Shown here in pieces: positions 1 through 8,980 of a stretch of DNA of 64,000 bases. Within the stretch, counting starts at the first letter, position 1. Every line of letters starts with the position of its first letter. The stretch is from Candidatus Woesearchaeota archaeon (GTDB taxonomy: Archaea > Nanobdellota > Nanobdellia > Woesearchaeales > JACPBO01), in the NCBI GenBank assembly GCA_030651135.1, contig JAUSCS010000006.1, forward strand, positions 522,160 through 586,159, in the 5' to 3' direction. The translations under genes and the position numbers were made by a program. The notes beneath the pieces were generated by a model. That model was given only the letters and a program-made list of their open reading frames with translations, ran no database searches and was not told the DNA's origin.

Positions 1-620
1 ATTGGGAAGGCGAATTCCTTCGGAATAAACTTGACTTCAACTAAATCAGCTGTATTTTTGATCTCATTTCCCCTTTCTCTGTTATCCTCTGAAAACAGCA
101 TTTTAATGGGTATCTTATTTTCTGCCCTTATTTTATGCCACCTCGGAAAGTAATATTTATAGAAATACCTTACTTTTTCTACAAGCTGGGTAGAAGCGCC
201 AAAAACAAAGATTTCCTGCTTTATCTTCAGTATTTCATCCAAAGCAGACATCACGCCCTTGACCCCTTTATAAATAACCGCTTCCTGCCTTTCTTCCCCT
301 ATTTTTCTGAGCTTTTCAATATCAGGCAGAATCTTCCTGGAAAGCTCTATTTTCTCTTTAAGCTCTTTTTCCTGCTTTTCGAGCATGGTTTTTATAAAAT
401 CAGGAGAGGCAGCTTCAAAGTATTTTCTGTTGGCTTTGATTACGAAAACAGCAAGCCCTTTTTCGATCAATCTTGACAAGTTGTCATAAACTATATTTCT
501 GTGCAGCTTTGTTTTTTCGATTATTGAACCAACAGAAACAGAGCCAAGTGTCAGCAATGCAAGATAAACTGTTGACTCATTCTTCGTAAAGCCAAGCTTT
601 TCAAGATCAGCTATGTCCAT
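1..620 (-). CDS. TrmB-family transcriptional regulator (N-terminal wHTH), 5'-partial at window edge
   Basis: Reverse-strand translation from ATG at 620: MDIADLEKLGFTKNESTVYLALLTLGSVSVGSIIEKTKLHRNIVYDNLSRLIEKG..., homologous to the TrmB-like ORFs at 10501, 41827 and 47250. Runs off the window start, so absent from the ORF track. The + ORF 135..476 is its antisense. Confidence 0.6.
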   Translation of the reverse strand, partial: MDIADLEKLGFTKNESTVYLALLTLGSVSVGSIIEKTKLHRNIVYDNLSRLIEKGLAVFVIKANRKYFEAASPDFIKTMLEKQEKELKEKIELSRKILPDIEKLRKIGEERQEAVIYKGVKGVMSALDEILKIKQEIFVFGASTQLVEKVRYFYKYYFPRWHKIRAENKIPIKMLFSEDNRERGNEIKNTADLVEVKFIPKEFAFP

Positions 621-771
621 AAGGAGATCAATCAACAGCTCTTTTTAAGCTTTTCTATATTGCTACCATACATATGGTGACAAAGATTTATATAGTTGGT
701 ATATCACTACTATATCATAATAAATAAGATAAAAGTCGAGTGGACTTAAATCAATCAAGGAGGTAAATAAA

Positions 772-1569
772 ATGGAAAATCAAACAAAAATGGAAACAAA
801 AAAACCCTTGGAGATACTGGTAATAGAAGATACCCCAGAATTTATGGAAGTAGCTAAATCAGTTTATGATAATGACACGAACATTATTCCAAGATATGCT
901 TCAACATATGAAGAGGCAATAAAAATATTAAAGGAGACTGAGGTGCAGTGTGTTATTTCAGATTTATTCTTTCCTTCACAAATTGATTGGAAGGGAAAAT
1001 ATGCTGGTGAAATAGAAGAAAATAGAAACTCTTTCGTAAAAGAACAAAGGGAATTGCTTTTAACAAAGTATTCAGAAGAGGAAATTAAACAAGCAGAAGA
1101 ACAAGTTAAGCAGGGGTTAAAGCCGAAAAATCCCTTTAATTTCGGATCACCAAGAGTGCAGCTAAGTCCTGCGTACGATTTTATAGAATTGATAGAACAA
1201 CAAATCCAACGTACCAGTGAATATCAGGGCCTCCAAGAAAATCCAGCAGGATTGGGGATCGCGTCATATTGCTTGAAAAATCAAGTTCCTTTTGGAATCA
1301 TAAGCCAAGGAGAAAGGCACAGAGGAAATCTAGCTATTGTTAGACAAGCTGTACAAGAAGTCAAAGAATTTAGGAATGTAAATAATGATTTCCTACCATA
1401 CGTTCTTTTTTGCTCGAGTGATTCAAATGGTGAAATGGATAAAAGAAACCCGCAGATATGGAGAGACGCTATTTATGGGGAAGGCAGTCTTTTTGGACCC
1501 TCGCGTCAAAAAATTTTAAAAGATATGTTTGACGCTTATGAACAATTAGAAGAAAAATTAGCAAAATAA
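772..1569 (+). CDS. hypothetical protein
   Basis: 265-aa ORF with strong SD (AAGGAGGT, 7 nt upstream). No recognisable family; N-terminus LEILVIEDTPEF is vaguely receiver-like but lacks canonical motifs. Confidence 0.5.
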   Translation: MENQTKMETKKPLEILVIEDTPEFMEVAKSVYDNDTNIIPRYASTYEEAIKILKETEVQCVISDLFFPSQIDWKGKYAGEIEENRNSFVKEQRELLLTKYSEEEIKQAEEQVKQGLKPKNPFNFGSPRVQLSPAYDFIELIEQQIQRTSEYQGLQENPAGLGIASYCLKNQVPFGIISQGERHRGNLAIVRQAVQEVKEFRNVNNDFLPYVLFCSSDSNGEMDKRNPQIWRDAIYGEGSLFGPSRQKILKDMFDAYEQLEEKLAK

Positions 1570-1593
1570 AAAGGATAAAAAAGAAAGGAGGAA

Positions 1594-2049
1594 ATGAAAA
1601 TGGAAAACAAAATATCGTTGGAACAATTTGAAAGTGAACTTGGAATTTTAGACCAAAAGGAGAGTGTTGATAGGATTAGCACTCTTTTCGAGAAGGTTAG
1701 TCTAGAATCCTTACTTGACGCTTTTAAATCTGCAGAATCTGCATGGATTCAGGAAGGTACCCACGAGATGGGCTTTTCATATAAACAGGTAGTCGCAGCA
1801 AAGAAGGTAGGAAATGCTCTATATTATTTTGAAGTTAAGAAAAATGATGACCCAAATGATGACTCTATTGATATTACGAGAGATGAATCTAAAAGACAAC
1901 CTACATACGACTCCCCCGTATTTGGACCGCAAGTATCTGCGAATAAAGATATCGCGGAACGACTTGTTAGCTATGGAAAATCTTTACTTTGGGAGAATGG
2001 CGAGCTGGAGCATGAACAGATGGGTAGGCGTGTCTACAGAATCAGATAA
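1594..2049 (+). CDS. hypothetical protein
   Basis: 151-aa ORF preceded by GAAAGGAGG. No recognisable motif. Confidence 0.5.
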   Translation: MKMENKISLEQFESELGILDQKESVDRISTLFEKVSLESLLDAFKSAESAWIQEGTHEMGFSYKQVVAAKKVGNALYYFEVKKNDDPNDDSIDITRDESKRQPTYDSPVFGPQVSANKDIAERLVSYGKSLLWENGELEHEQMGRRVYRIR

Positions 2050-2116
2050 ATTGTGCCGGTCATCGGAACAAACTTAATTTTTTTTATTTTTTTAAATTAA
2101 ATCAAACAAGGAAATA

Positions 2117-3106
2117 ATGAAAATGTCAAATAAAAAGATACTTCGTGGGCTGCCTGCTCAATTAGAGGCAGAGAAGAAACTAGGAGAATCCGAGTTAGAT
2201 TATCTTCTCTTCAATCTCCCTTATGCATGTAATCTTAAATGCCCGAAATGTTTTGTAGGAGATAATAAAACAGCCTTACATCTAAGCTTAGATGAAAGAA
2301 TGAGGGTTATGCGAGAGGCAAAAGAGCTTGGCGCAAGAGTTGTTGTAATACCTGGTGAAGGCGAGCCATTGATCGCACCGGCAATAAAAAAAATAGCGAG
2401 CTACAGATATGGTTTAGGGTTAACGGCTGTTGTTTTTACAAATGCTACAATGTTAAATGAAGATTTTGCGCATTTTGCAAAAGATACCGATATTTCATTT
2501 ATAGTCAGTTTGGATTCTTTAGATAAGGGCGCATATGGGTTTTTGACAGGCAGAAAAGACTTTTTCGATGAAACAATAAAGAATATTGAAAGATGCCGCT
2601 CAATTTATGCTGATGAGAATAGCTCCACGCCAAATGGCGATAAAGTTGTAAGACTAGCAGTAAATACTGTTGTAACGAAACAAAATAAAGATGAAATAAG
2701 CAAAATTAAGGATTGGTGTGGTGATGATATGGTGTTTATATGTAATTCTCCTGTAAAAGAAGGAAGAGCAGCACAGTATTGGAAAGAACTTGCTGGGACT
2801 GAAGAAGAATATCGGGAATTAAAACAAGTTGCATTGAAAAATTCAGAAACACATGGGCCAACTTCTGCCTGTTCTGATGGAAAGTGCGCATATCTTTATT
2901 ATGGGCTTACGATAGGAACAGATGGCGATGTTCTTATATGCCCTGACGCAAGAGAAACAAGAGGGTTGATAGGAAATGTTAAAGAAGCCAGCCTCAGAGA
3001 ACTGAATAAAAAGCACAAACAACATCTGAAAGCGTTTTTTGAAGAATGTGGTTATGGGCCCTGTATTGTAAGGCATCCAAAATATAAGGGAGTCGTTAGC
3101 AAATAA
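2117..3106 (+). CDS. radical SAM enzyme with C-terminal Cys-rich auxiliary (SPASM/twitch-like) domain
   Basis: CNLKCPKC = CxxxCxxC. Gly-rich SAM-binding motif VVVIPGEGEPL. C-terminal cysteines CSDGKC...ICPD...CGYGPC. Paralog of the ORF at 42670. Confidence 0.8.
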   Translation: MKMSNKKILRGLPAQLEAEKKLGESELDYLLFNLPYACNLKCPKCFVGDNKTALHLSLDERMRVMREAKELGARVVVIPGEGEPLIAPAIKKIASYRYGLGLTAVVFTNATMLNEDFAHFAKDTDISFIVSLDSLDKGAYGFLTGRKDFFDETIKNIERCRSIYADENSSTPNGDKVVRLAVNTVVTKQNKDEISKIKDWCGDDMVFICNSPVKEGRAAQYWKELAGTEEEYRELKQVALKNSETHGPTSACSDGKCAYLYYGLTIGTDGDVLICPDARETRGLIGNVKEASLRELNKKHKQHLKAFFEECGYGPCIVRHPKYKGVVSK

Positions 3107-3218
3107 GATGTTATTAGGTATACCGTCTTGTACCCCTTTACAGGATCATATTTTACACTCAAAAAACAAAATCTTTATATAGTAGTTTATACTACACTTA
3201 TGTAGTAGGATTGATAAT

Positions 3219-3428
3219 ATGGTTTATTTCACAGATATAGAGCCAACTGATCATTATCTTGAGGAACATGAGAAAGATGTTCCATGGGACAAGGTTGTAG
3301 AGATTATATTTACCACAAAAAATCCAAGAAAGAAAGGATATAATTATGAGATTGAAAAAGACGGCTATTATATCCTGTTTGAAATGAAAGATAACATTTT
3401 GTATGTGATAAATGCCAAGAAAGAATAA
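3219..3428 (+). CDS. small protein, DUF4258-like (putative toxin component)
   Basis: 69 aa, His-x...EIEKDGYYILFEMKDNILYVINA pattern resembling DUF4258. TATA-like TTTATATA ~40 nt upstream. Confidence 0.4.
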   Translation: MVYFTDIEPTDHYLEEHEKDVPWDKVVEIIFTTKNPRKKGYNYEIEKDGYYILFEMKDNILYVINAKKE

Positions 3429-3439
3429 AAGGTGAAAAA

Positions 3440-3775
3440 ATGAAGTGCCCAAAATGCGATTCGAATTTAAATAAGGTAGAGGTCAAAGTACATGGAGCTC
3501 AAAGCAAAGCAATCAGTTATCAGTGCCCAAAATGCGATTATTTCGAGTTTGATCCTATTTCTTCTGCTCAAGTAGTTGAAGAACTGAGGGAAACTCCTTT
3601 AAAAATAAAGCAAAAGATTGTAAAGCTATCTCAGGATAGATTAGGCATCTACTTTAACAGCCATGTAGTAAGAAGCTTAAATATGAAAAAAGGAGAGGAA
3701 ATCTACGTATCTGTTCCAGATAAGAAGCACATACTTCTTGAACTAAAGGCTCCAGAAATCCCGGGCAATAATTGA
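3440..3775 (+). CDS. zinc-ribbon + AbrB/SpoVT-like DNA-binding protein (putative antitoxin/regulator)
   Basis: Two CPKC pairs at the N-terminus. C-terminal GIYFNSHVVRSLNMKKGEEIYVSV resembles a swapped-hairpin AbrB fold. 12-nt gap from the previous ORF. Confidence 0.5.
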   Translation: MKCPKCDSNLNKVEVKVHGAQSKAISYQCPKCDYFEFDPISSAQVVEELRETPLKIKQKIVKLSQDRLGIYFNSHVVRSLNMKKGEEIYVSVPDKKHILLELKAPEIPGNN

Positions 3776-3788
3776 ATAAAAAAGAATC

Positions 3789-4223
3789 CTATTTCTTCTG
3801 CTCTGCCTGCTCAGAAACCTTTGGAAGCGGTATGGGAGGCGGAAGGTTGATCTCTCTGCTCAGGATCAAGGCTTCTATGTTGCATCTCAGCAAGATGCTG
3901 TTCAGCACTTCAGCCATGATCTCCTTTGAAACATTCTTGCTCTTCTTCCATTCCTTGATGATTTCCTTCAGCTTTTTATCATCATCAATATAGATAATCT
4001 CTCCATTAAGCTCTATTTTTCCTATGTCGGGATCGTATTTAGAATCAAACTTGAACGAGAACTTAAGCCCTTTTTCATCAGCCTTGCCAAATGCCAGGTC
4101 AGTCTCTTCTATGTTCGTTATGTTTACATTGTTCGATATGTTTATCTGCCCTACTGCAGGCTGCTTTCTCTCAACTTCTATTTTTGTAAAATTAAATCCG
4201 ATCATTGTCATAAATATCACCAA
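3789..4223 (-). CDS. hypothetical protein
   Basis: 144-aa ORF, hydrophobic N-terminus, no identifiable motif. Confidence 0.4.
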   Translation of the reverse strand: MVIFMTMIGFNFTKIEVERKQPAVGQINISNNVNITNIEETDLAFGKADEKGLKFSFKFDSKYDPDIGKIELNGEIIYIDDDKKLKEIIKEWKKSKNVSKEIMAEVLNSILLRCNIEALILSREINLPPPIPLPKVSEQAEQKK

Positions 4224-4411
4224 TGCTTAATATTTTAGGATTTTATATAAAGCTTTCGGATTTTTCAGTTAATTTTATAAATAACCCTGTTTTCCCATAC
4301 TGCATGACATTATCCGATACAGTAAGGCAGTCCGGATCGTAGTCTTTTTCTTAGTTATATTTTTATTATTTTAGTTTAAATGTCAATATAAACATCAATT
4401 TGGAGGCCAAT

Positions 4412-5353
4412 ATGGAGTCTATAAAGGATCTTATCTGGAAAAGGGGAATTTCAACAAAAGATTTTGTGGATAAAATCGGGAAAGTAGGGTTTCAGAGCAT
4501 TGAGCTAGGCAAAGCTTCAAATCTTATAGTCAAGATGAAGAAAGACAGCGCAAAGATATTCCTGACATTCACATCAAATATGGTTACATCTGGATTGAGG
4601 GGATTCTTTGCTCAGTTAATAAAATTAAAAATGGCAGACATTATAGTAACAACAGTCGGCAGCATTGAAGAAGACATTATGAAAGCATTGGGTGAAAAAT
4701 TCCTTATCGGCACTTTCGATTTGGATGATGTTGAACTGCATGAAAAAGGAATGAACAGGGTTGGAAATCTGCTTGTTTCAAATGAAAGCTACTGCAGGTT
4801 TGAAGATGCCATAATGCCAATACTGGATCAGCTCTACAAAAAGAAGCCAAGGTACGCTGTATCAGAAATGTTAAAAGAAATTGGCTTGCTGTTAAACGAT
4901 GAAAATTCAATACTTTATCAGGCTGCAAAAAACAATGTTCCGATATTCTGCCCTGCAATTACAGACGGCGCATTTGGCTTTCATTTATACTTATTCCAGC
5001 AGAAGCACAAAGACTTCATAGTTGATGTTGTGGAAGACTTCAAAAACATACTGTTGAGCACAACCCATGATGAAAAGAAAGGGGTCATCTGCTTAGGCGG
5101 CGGAATTTCAAAGCACCATGCAATTTTGTCTGTTTTGCTGAATGGCGGAGCAGAATATGCGTTATACATGACAACTGCAAGAGAAAGCTCTGGCAGCATG
5201 AGCGGCGCAACAACAAGGGAAGCAAAAAGCTGGGGCAAGATAAAAGATGATTCTGACGCCGTAACTGTTATTGGAGACGTAAGCATAAACTTTCCATTGG
5301 CAATGATCGCAGCTTTGGAAACATTGTCTGAAGAAGGGTTCATCAATGAATAA
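4412..5353 (+). CDS. dys: deoxyhypusine synthase
   Basis: Conserved DHS motifs TSNMVTSGLRG and GGGISKHH. Track start 4400 is a TTG. ATG at 4412 follows GGAGG at 4402-4406. Confidence 0.85.
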   Translation: MESIKDLIWKRGISTKDFVDKIGKVGFQSIELGKASNLIVKMKKDSAKIFLTFTSNMVTSGLRGFFAQLIKLKMADIIVTTVGSIEEDIMKALGEKFLIGTFDLDDVELHEKGMNRVGNLLVSNESYCRFEDAIMPILDQLYKKKPRYAVSEMLKEIGLLLNDENSILYQAAKNNVPIFCPAITDGAFGFHLYLFQQKHKDFIVDVVEDFKNILLSTTHDEKKGVICLGGGISKHHAILSVLLNGGAEYALYMTTARESSGSMSGATTREAKSWGKIKDDSDAVTVIGDVSINFPLAMIAALETLSEEGFINE

Positions 5354-6374
5354 GGCAAGGTTTGTATTAAGCAGATCAAAAGTAATCGAGCAGTATAATA
5401 AATTAAAAGCTATTGATGCAGATATTTCCTACAGCTTTAAAACCAATGAAGAAGTCGGCAAAGTGCTGGAAGAAGAAACAGGCTGCTTGTTCAGCGTTCA
5501 TTTTGAGAATGACCTGCCTTTCCTGAAAGATAAAAGCAGGGTTATATTCTTAGCGCAGGGCTTGAATGAAGAGCAGTTAAACAGGCTTTTTAGTTTTGGA
5601 ATAAACAAGTTCGTAGTTGATAATTTAGTTGATTTGGATACTTTAACAAGATATATTGAAAAAAACAACAAAAAAATTCTCTTATTGCTTAGAATGAAAT
5701 TAAAGGAAAATACAATCCACACTGGCAAATACTTTGTTTTTGGAATGGAATCAAAATTAATAAATGAAAAAATCATTGAATTGAAAAACAATAAAAATAT
5801 AGAAAAAATTGGAATTCATGTTCACAGAAAAACCCAGAATGTAAGCGAATGGTCTTTGAAGTATGAACTGAGCGAGGCATTAGACGAAAAAACATTGAAA
5901 CTGCTTGATATCGTCTGCATTGGCGGCGGAATTCCTGGAAATTACAAGAATGTGAGCGATAAAAGCATTGAATATGTCTTTAATAAGATCGCTGAAGTTA
6001 AAGAATGGCTGAGCTCTTACAACATAAAAACCCTTATTGAGCCGGGAAGGTTTCTTGCAGCCTACCCTGTAACTTTGGAAACTGAGATAATAAACATTGT
6101 TGGCAATACGATCATTGTAAACTGCTCTGTATATAACAGCGCAATGGACACAATCATTGTTCCGATCAAGCTGCTTGTAAAGGGCGAATTGGAAGGCGGA
6201 GAAGCATACACTATAAAGGGCTACACACCCTGCTCATTGGATATTTTCAGGTATAAGGTTTTCCTTAAAAACCCAAAGATTGGAGACAAAATAATCTTCC
6301 TTAATGCAGGAGCATATAACTTCTCAACAGATTTCTGCAATCTGGAGAAATTAGAAACAATAATTGTGGATTAG
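5346..6374 (+). CDS. PLP-dependent decarboxylase, Orn/DAP/Arg decarboxylase family 2 (alanine-racemase fold)
   Basis: SYSFKTN (PLP lysine, cf. YAVKAN), GGGIPGNY glycine loop, EPGR motif, CSLD. Overlaps dys by 8 nt, so operon. Confidence 0.75.
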   Translation: MNKARFVLSRSKVIEQYNKLKAIDADISYSFKTNEEVGKVLEEETGCLFSVHFENDLPFLKDKSRVIFLAQGLNEEQLNRLFSFGINKFVVDNLVDLDTLTRYIEKNNKKILLLLRMKLKENTIHTGKYFVFGMESKLINEKIIELKNNKNIEKIGIHVHRKTQNVSEWSLKYELSEALDEKTLKLLDIVCIGGGIPGNYKNVSDKSIEYVFNKIAEVKEWLSSYNIKTLIEPGRFLAAYPVTLETEIINIVGNTIIVNCSVYNSAMDTIIVPIKLLVKGELEGGEAYTIKGYTPCSLDIFRYKVFLKNPKIGDKIIFLNAGAYNFSTDFCNLEKLETIIVD

Positions 6375-6625
6375 ATTTTAAGTTTAGCTAAAGACCTTTC
6401 CAAATTCTTTCTTGCTTGAGCTTCATATTTTTGTCTGAAAAATTCAATTAAATAAATATTTGGCCTATCAAAAAATCCTTCGAGGATAGTGGCTCTTCCA
6501 GCTTTAAACACTTCTTCTGGAACCCAGTCGTATTCTCTTCTTATTTTTTCTGTATTCTTGCTGAATTCTTCAAAACTTTTTCCAAAATAAGATAAATCAA
6601 TATCAACTAAAAATCTACTGTCCAA
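6371..6625 (-). CDS. hypothetical protein
   Basis: 84-aa ORF downstream of coaDE on the same strand. Confidence 0.35.
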   Translation of the reverse strand: MDSRFLVDIDLSYFGKSFEEFSKNTEKIRREYDWVPEEVFKAGRATILEGFFDRPNIYLIEFFRQKYEAQARKNLERSLAKLKI

Positions 6626-6650
6626 ATCCCTTGTAAATTATTCTCTTTGT

Positions 6651-7787
6651 TCATTTTACATTCAATTCATTAATTATGCTTTCAAAAACTTGGTTTATTT
6701 CTTTTGCATCGGAATTATCAGAATTATTAATTACCCAAATTTTACCTTGATTTTCCTCGTTAATTTTCTCTTGCAATTTATTTCTTTTTTGGTCAAATGT
6801 ATGCTGACTAGCAAGCCTCCTTTTAATTTGTTCAGCTGTAAGATCTTTTGACCTTAACCTTTTATTTTGTGTTGCTTTATCTACATTTAAAAAAACCACA
6901 TTATTATTGCATAAATAGGCCATCTCAGATTCAGCAATAAGTGCGGCATTCAATAATATTAGCCCTCTTTTGCCGTACAGCCCTCTTCTTAGCCTAACTA
7001 ATATGGGGGTGTACATTATTTCATTTAGTTTTTTTAATTGTTCTGTATCATTAAAAACAAGCTCACCAAGAATCTTTCTATCTATTGCTCCATCTGGGAG
7101 CCTCACACTATTTCCAAATGTTTTTGCAATGTTCTCCCTTATTTCCTCATACACAGATTCTTTTAGTTCGCCTAAAATCTGATGCCCTATGTCGTCTAAT
7201 TCAATATTATGTACAGAAATTCCTCTTTCTTTACCTAATTCCTCAAATTTCCTGCCGATATAAGATTTTCCTGATGATGGTTCTCCAGTAATACCGACAA
7301 TATACTGCCCCAACATCTTAGCTTCCAACCATTGCTTTACATAGAGAGGAACAAACTCATGCACTAGCCCCTGTTCTTTTTGCATCGCCTTAACAGAAGT
7401 AGAACTGATATGATTGAGTTCTGGCCTTGCAAACATTATGAAAGTATCGATGCCTAATTTTTGGCTTTCTCCGCATTGATGCTGGAGTTTTTCATAGTCA
7501 AAATCTAATGCAGTCCTTACCCCTTTAACAATCACCGGGATGGAATTTTCATAAGCATAATCAACTAAAAGTCCTGGAAATGCAACAACACTTACATTTT
7601 TTATTTTCTCTAGTGATTTCCTAACCATATCCATTCTTTCTTCTAAACTAAAAAGGGTTTGCTTGTTTGCATTTACACCTATTCCGACAACTAGTTCATC
7701 GAATACATTCGCAGATCTTCTTATTATATCTATATGCCCATAATGAATCGGATCTGCTGAAAATGCATAAATTGCTTTCTTCATCAT
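6651..7787 (-). CDS. bifunctional phosphopantetheine adenylyltransferase / dephospho-CoA kinase (bacterial-type CoaD–CoaE fusion)
   Basis: N-terminal YAFSADPIHYGHIDII (HxGH nucleotidyltransferase, CoaD-like). Central IVGITGEPSSGKSY P-loop matches CoaE GxTGxxGSGKST. Confidence 0.7.
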   Translation of the reverse strand: MMKKAIYAFSADPIHYGHIDIIRRSANVFDELVVGIGVNANKQTLFSLEERMDMVRKSLEKIKNVSVVAFPGLLVDYAYENSIPVIVKGVRTALDFDYEKLQHQCGESQKLGIDTFIMFARPELNHISSTSVKAMQKEQGLVHEFVPLYVKQWLEAKMLGQYIVGITGEPSSGKSYIGRKFEELGKERGISVHNIELDDIGHQILGELKESVYEEIRENIAKTFGNSVRLPDGAIDRKILGELVFNDTEQLKKLNEIMYTPILVRLRRGLYGKRGLILLNAALIAESEMAYLCNNNVVFLNVDKATQNKRLRSKDLTAEQIKRRLASQHTFDQKRNKLQEKINEENQGKIWVINNSDNSDAKEINQVFESIINELNVK

Positions 7788-7890
7788 ATGGGGTCACTAC
7801 TTAATAGGTTATAAACTTTTCCTTTTTATGTCACCATTAACAAAATCTGAATTAGCAACTTTTAAATACATATCTTGCTAAATCAGCATT

Positions 7891-8136
7891 ATGCAAAAAA
7901 GAGACTATATTTTGATCGCAATTATTTTGCTTGCCATTATCCTGGCTTCGTCCTTTTTATTTAATTATGCAAGATCCAACATAGGAAAGGCATTCCTCAG
8001 CAATCCGCAGGGGTTTGTTTCAAGCGCTTCAACATTGGTTATGGTTGGGATAATTGCAGTATTTTTCATAATATTCATTGCTGCATTGATTTTCAGCAAA
8101 GCAGGCAAAATAAAAGAGCCAAACAACAAAATATAA
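7891..8136 (+). CDS. small membrane protein
   Basis: 81 aa with two predicted TM helices. Confidence 0.4.
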   Translation: MQKRDYILIAIILLAIILASSFLFNYARSNIGKAFLSNPQGFVSSASTLVMVGIIAVFFIIFIAALIFSKAGKIKEPNNKI

Positions 8137-8162
8137 AAACAAAACTTCTTTTTCATCCATTT

Positions 8163-8957
8163 ATGATACTAGTTGACGTGCACGCGCATCTTGACCATCA
8201 TAAGTTTGAAAACAATCTGGGCAATGTTATAGAGAATTCCAGAAAAGCAGGGGTTAAAGCTATAATAACATCCGGCATAAACAGAAAAACCAACAGATTA
8301 ATCTTGGAAATAGCAAAAAAATACCCCGATATTGTAAAGTGCTCCTTCGGCCTGTATCCGATAGATGCATTGGATAAAGAGATCGAGGCAGATCCTAAAA
8401 CATTTGTCAGGGATATTGAGCCGCTAAATGTTGACGAGGAGCTTTTATGGATAGAAAAAAACAAGGACAAATGCGTTGCAATCGGAGAGTGCGGACTTGA
8501 TTTTCATTGGGTTCAGGGAAAGAATGAAGAGCAGAAAAAGGCTTTTCAGAAAATAATCGCAGTAGTTGAAAAAATAAAAAAACCGATAATAGTCCATTCA
8601 AGGAAAGCAGAGCTGGAAGCCATTGAAATGCTGGAAAGCTCTAAAATAAAAAACATTGTAATGCACTGCTTCTCAGGCAGCAAAAAGCTGATAAAAAGAG
8701 CAGCTGACAACGGCTGGAGCTTTTCAATTCCTCCCATTATTGTAAGATTGCAGCATTTCCAATTGTTAACAGAAATGGTCAATATAAATCAGTTATTGAC
8801 AGAAACAGATGCTCCTTATCTCTCGCCTTATCCGGACAAGATAAATGAGCCTGCTTTTGTGATTGAAACAATAAAAAAGATCGCTGAGATCAAGGGCTTT
8901 GATGTCGAGGAAACAGCAAACAGCATTTATTTGAATTATAAGAGAATGTTCGAATGA
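8163..8957 (+). CDS. tatD: TatD-family metal-dependent hydrolase/DNase
   Basis: DVHAHLD N-terminal motif, GECGLD, HSR motifs. Confidence 0.85.
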   Translation: MILVDVHAHLDHHKFENNLGNVIENSRKAGVKAIITSGINRKTNRLILEIAKKYPDIVKCSFGLYPIDALDKEIEADPKTFVRDIEPLNVDEELLWIEKNKDKCVAIGECGLDFHWVQGKNEEQKKAFQKIIAVVEKIKKPIIVHSRKAELEAIEMLESSKIKNIVMHCFSGSKKLIKRAADNGWSFSIPPIIVRLQHFQLLTEMVNINQLLTETDAPYLSPYPDKINEPAFVIETIKKIAEIKGFDVEETANSIYLNYKRMFE

Positions 8958-8980
8958 TTGCCAAATAATTTAAAATTGAG

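Noticed and set aside
135-476. 113-aa + strand ORF at the window start
   Set aside because: Low-complexity antisense of the TrmB-like gene on the minus strand. The reverse frame gives a coherent wHTH protein.
772-1569. Calling the 265-aa protein a CheY-like response regulator
   Set aside because: Only a vague N-terminal resemblance. Lacks the DD...D...T...K receiver signature.
2117-3106. Naming the radical SAM paralogs MoaA
   Set aside because: Motif spacing is compatible, but no other molybdopterin genes are nearby and the family assignment cannot be made from motifs alone.
4400-4411. TTG start for the deoxyhypusine synthase gene as given by the ORF track
   Set aside because: The ATG at 4412 has a properly spaced GGAGG. 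The upstream TTG would place the SD inside the coding region.
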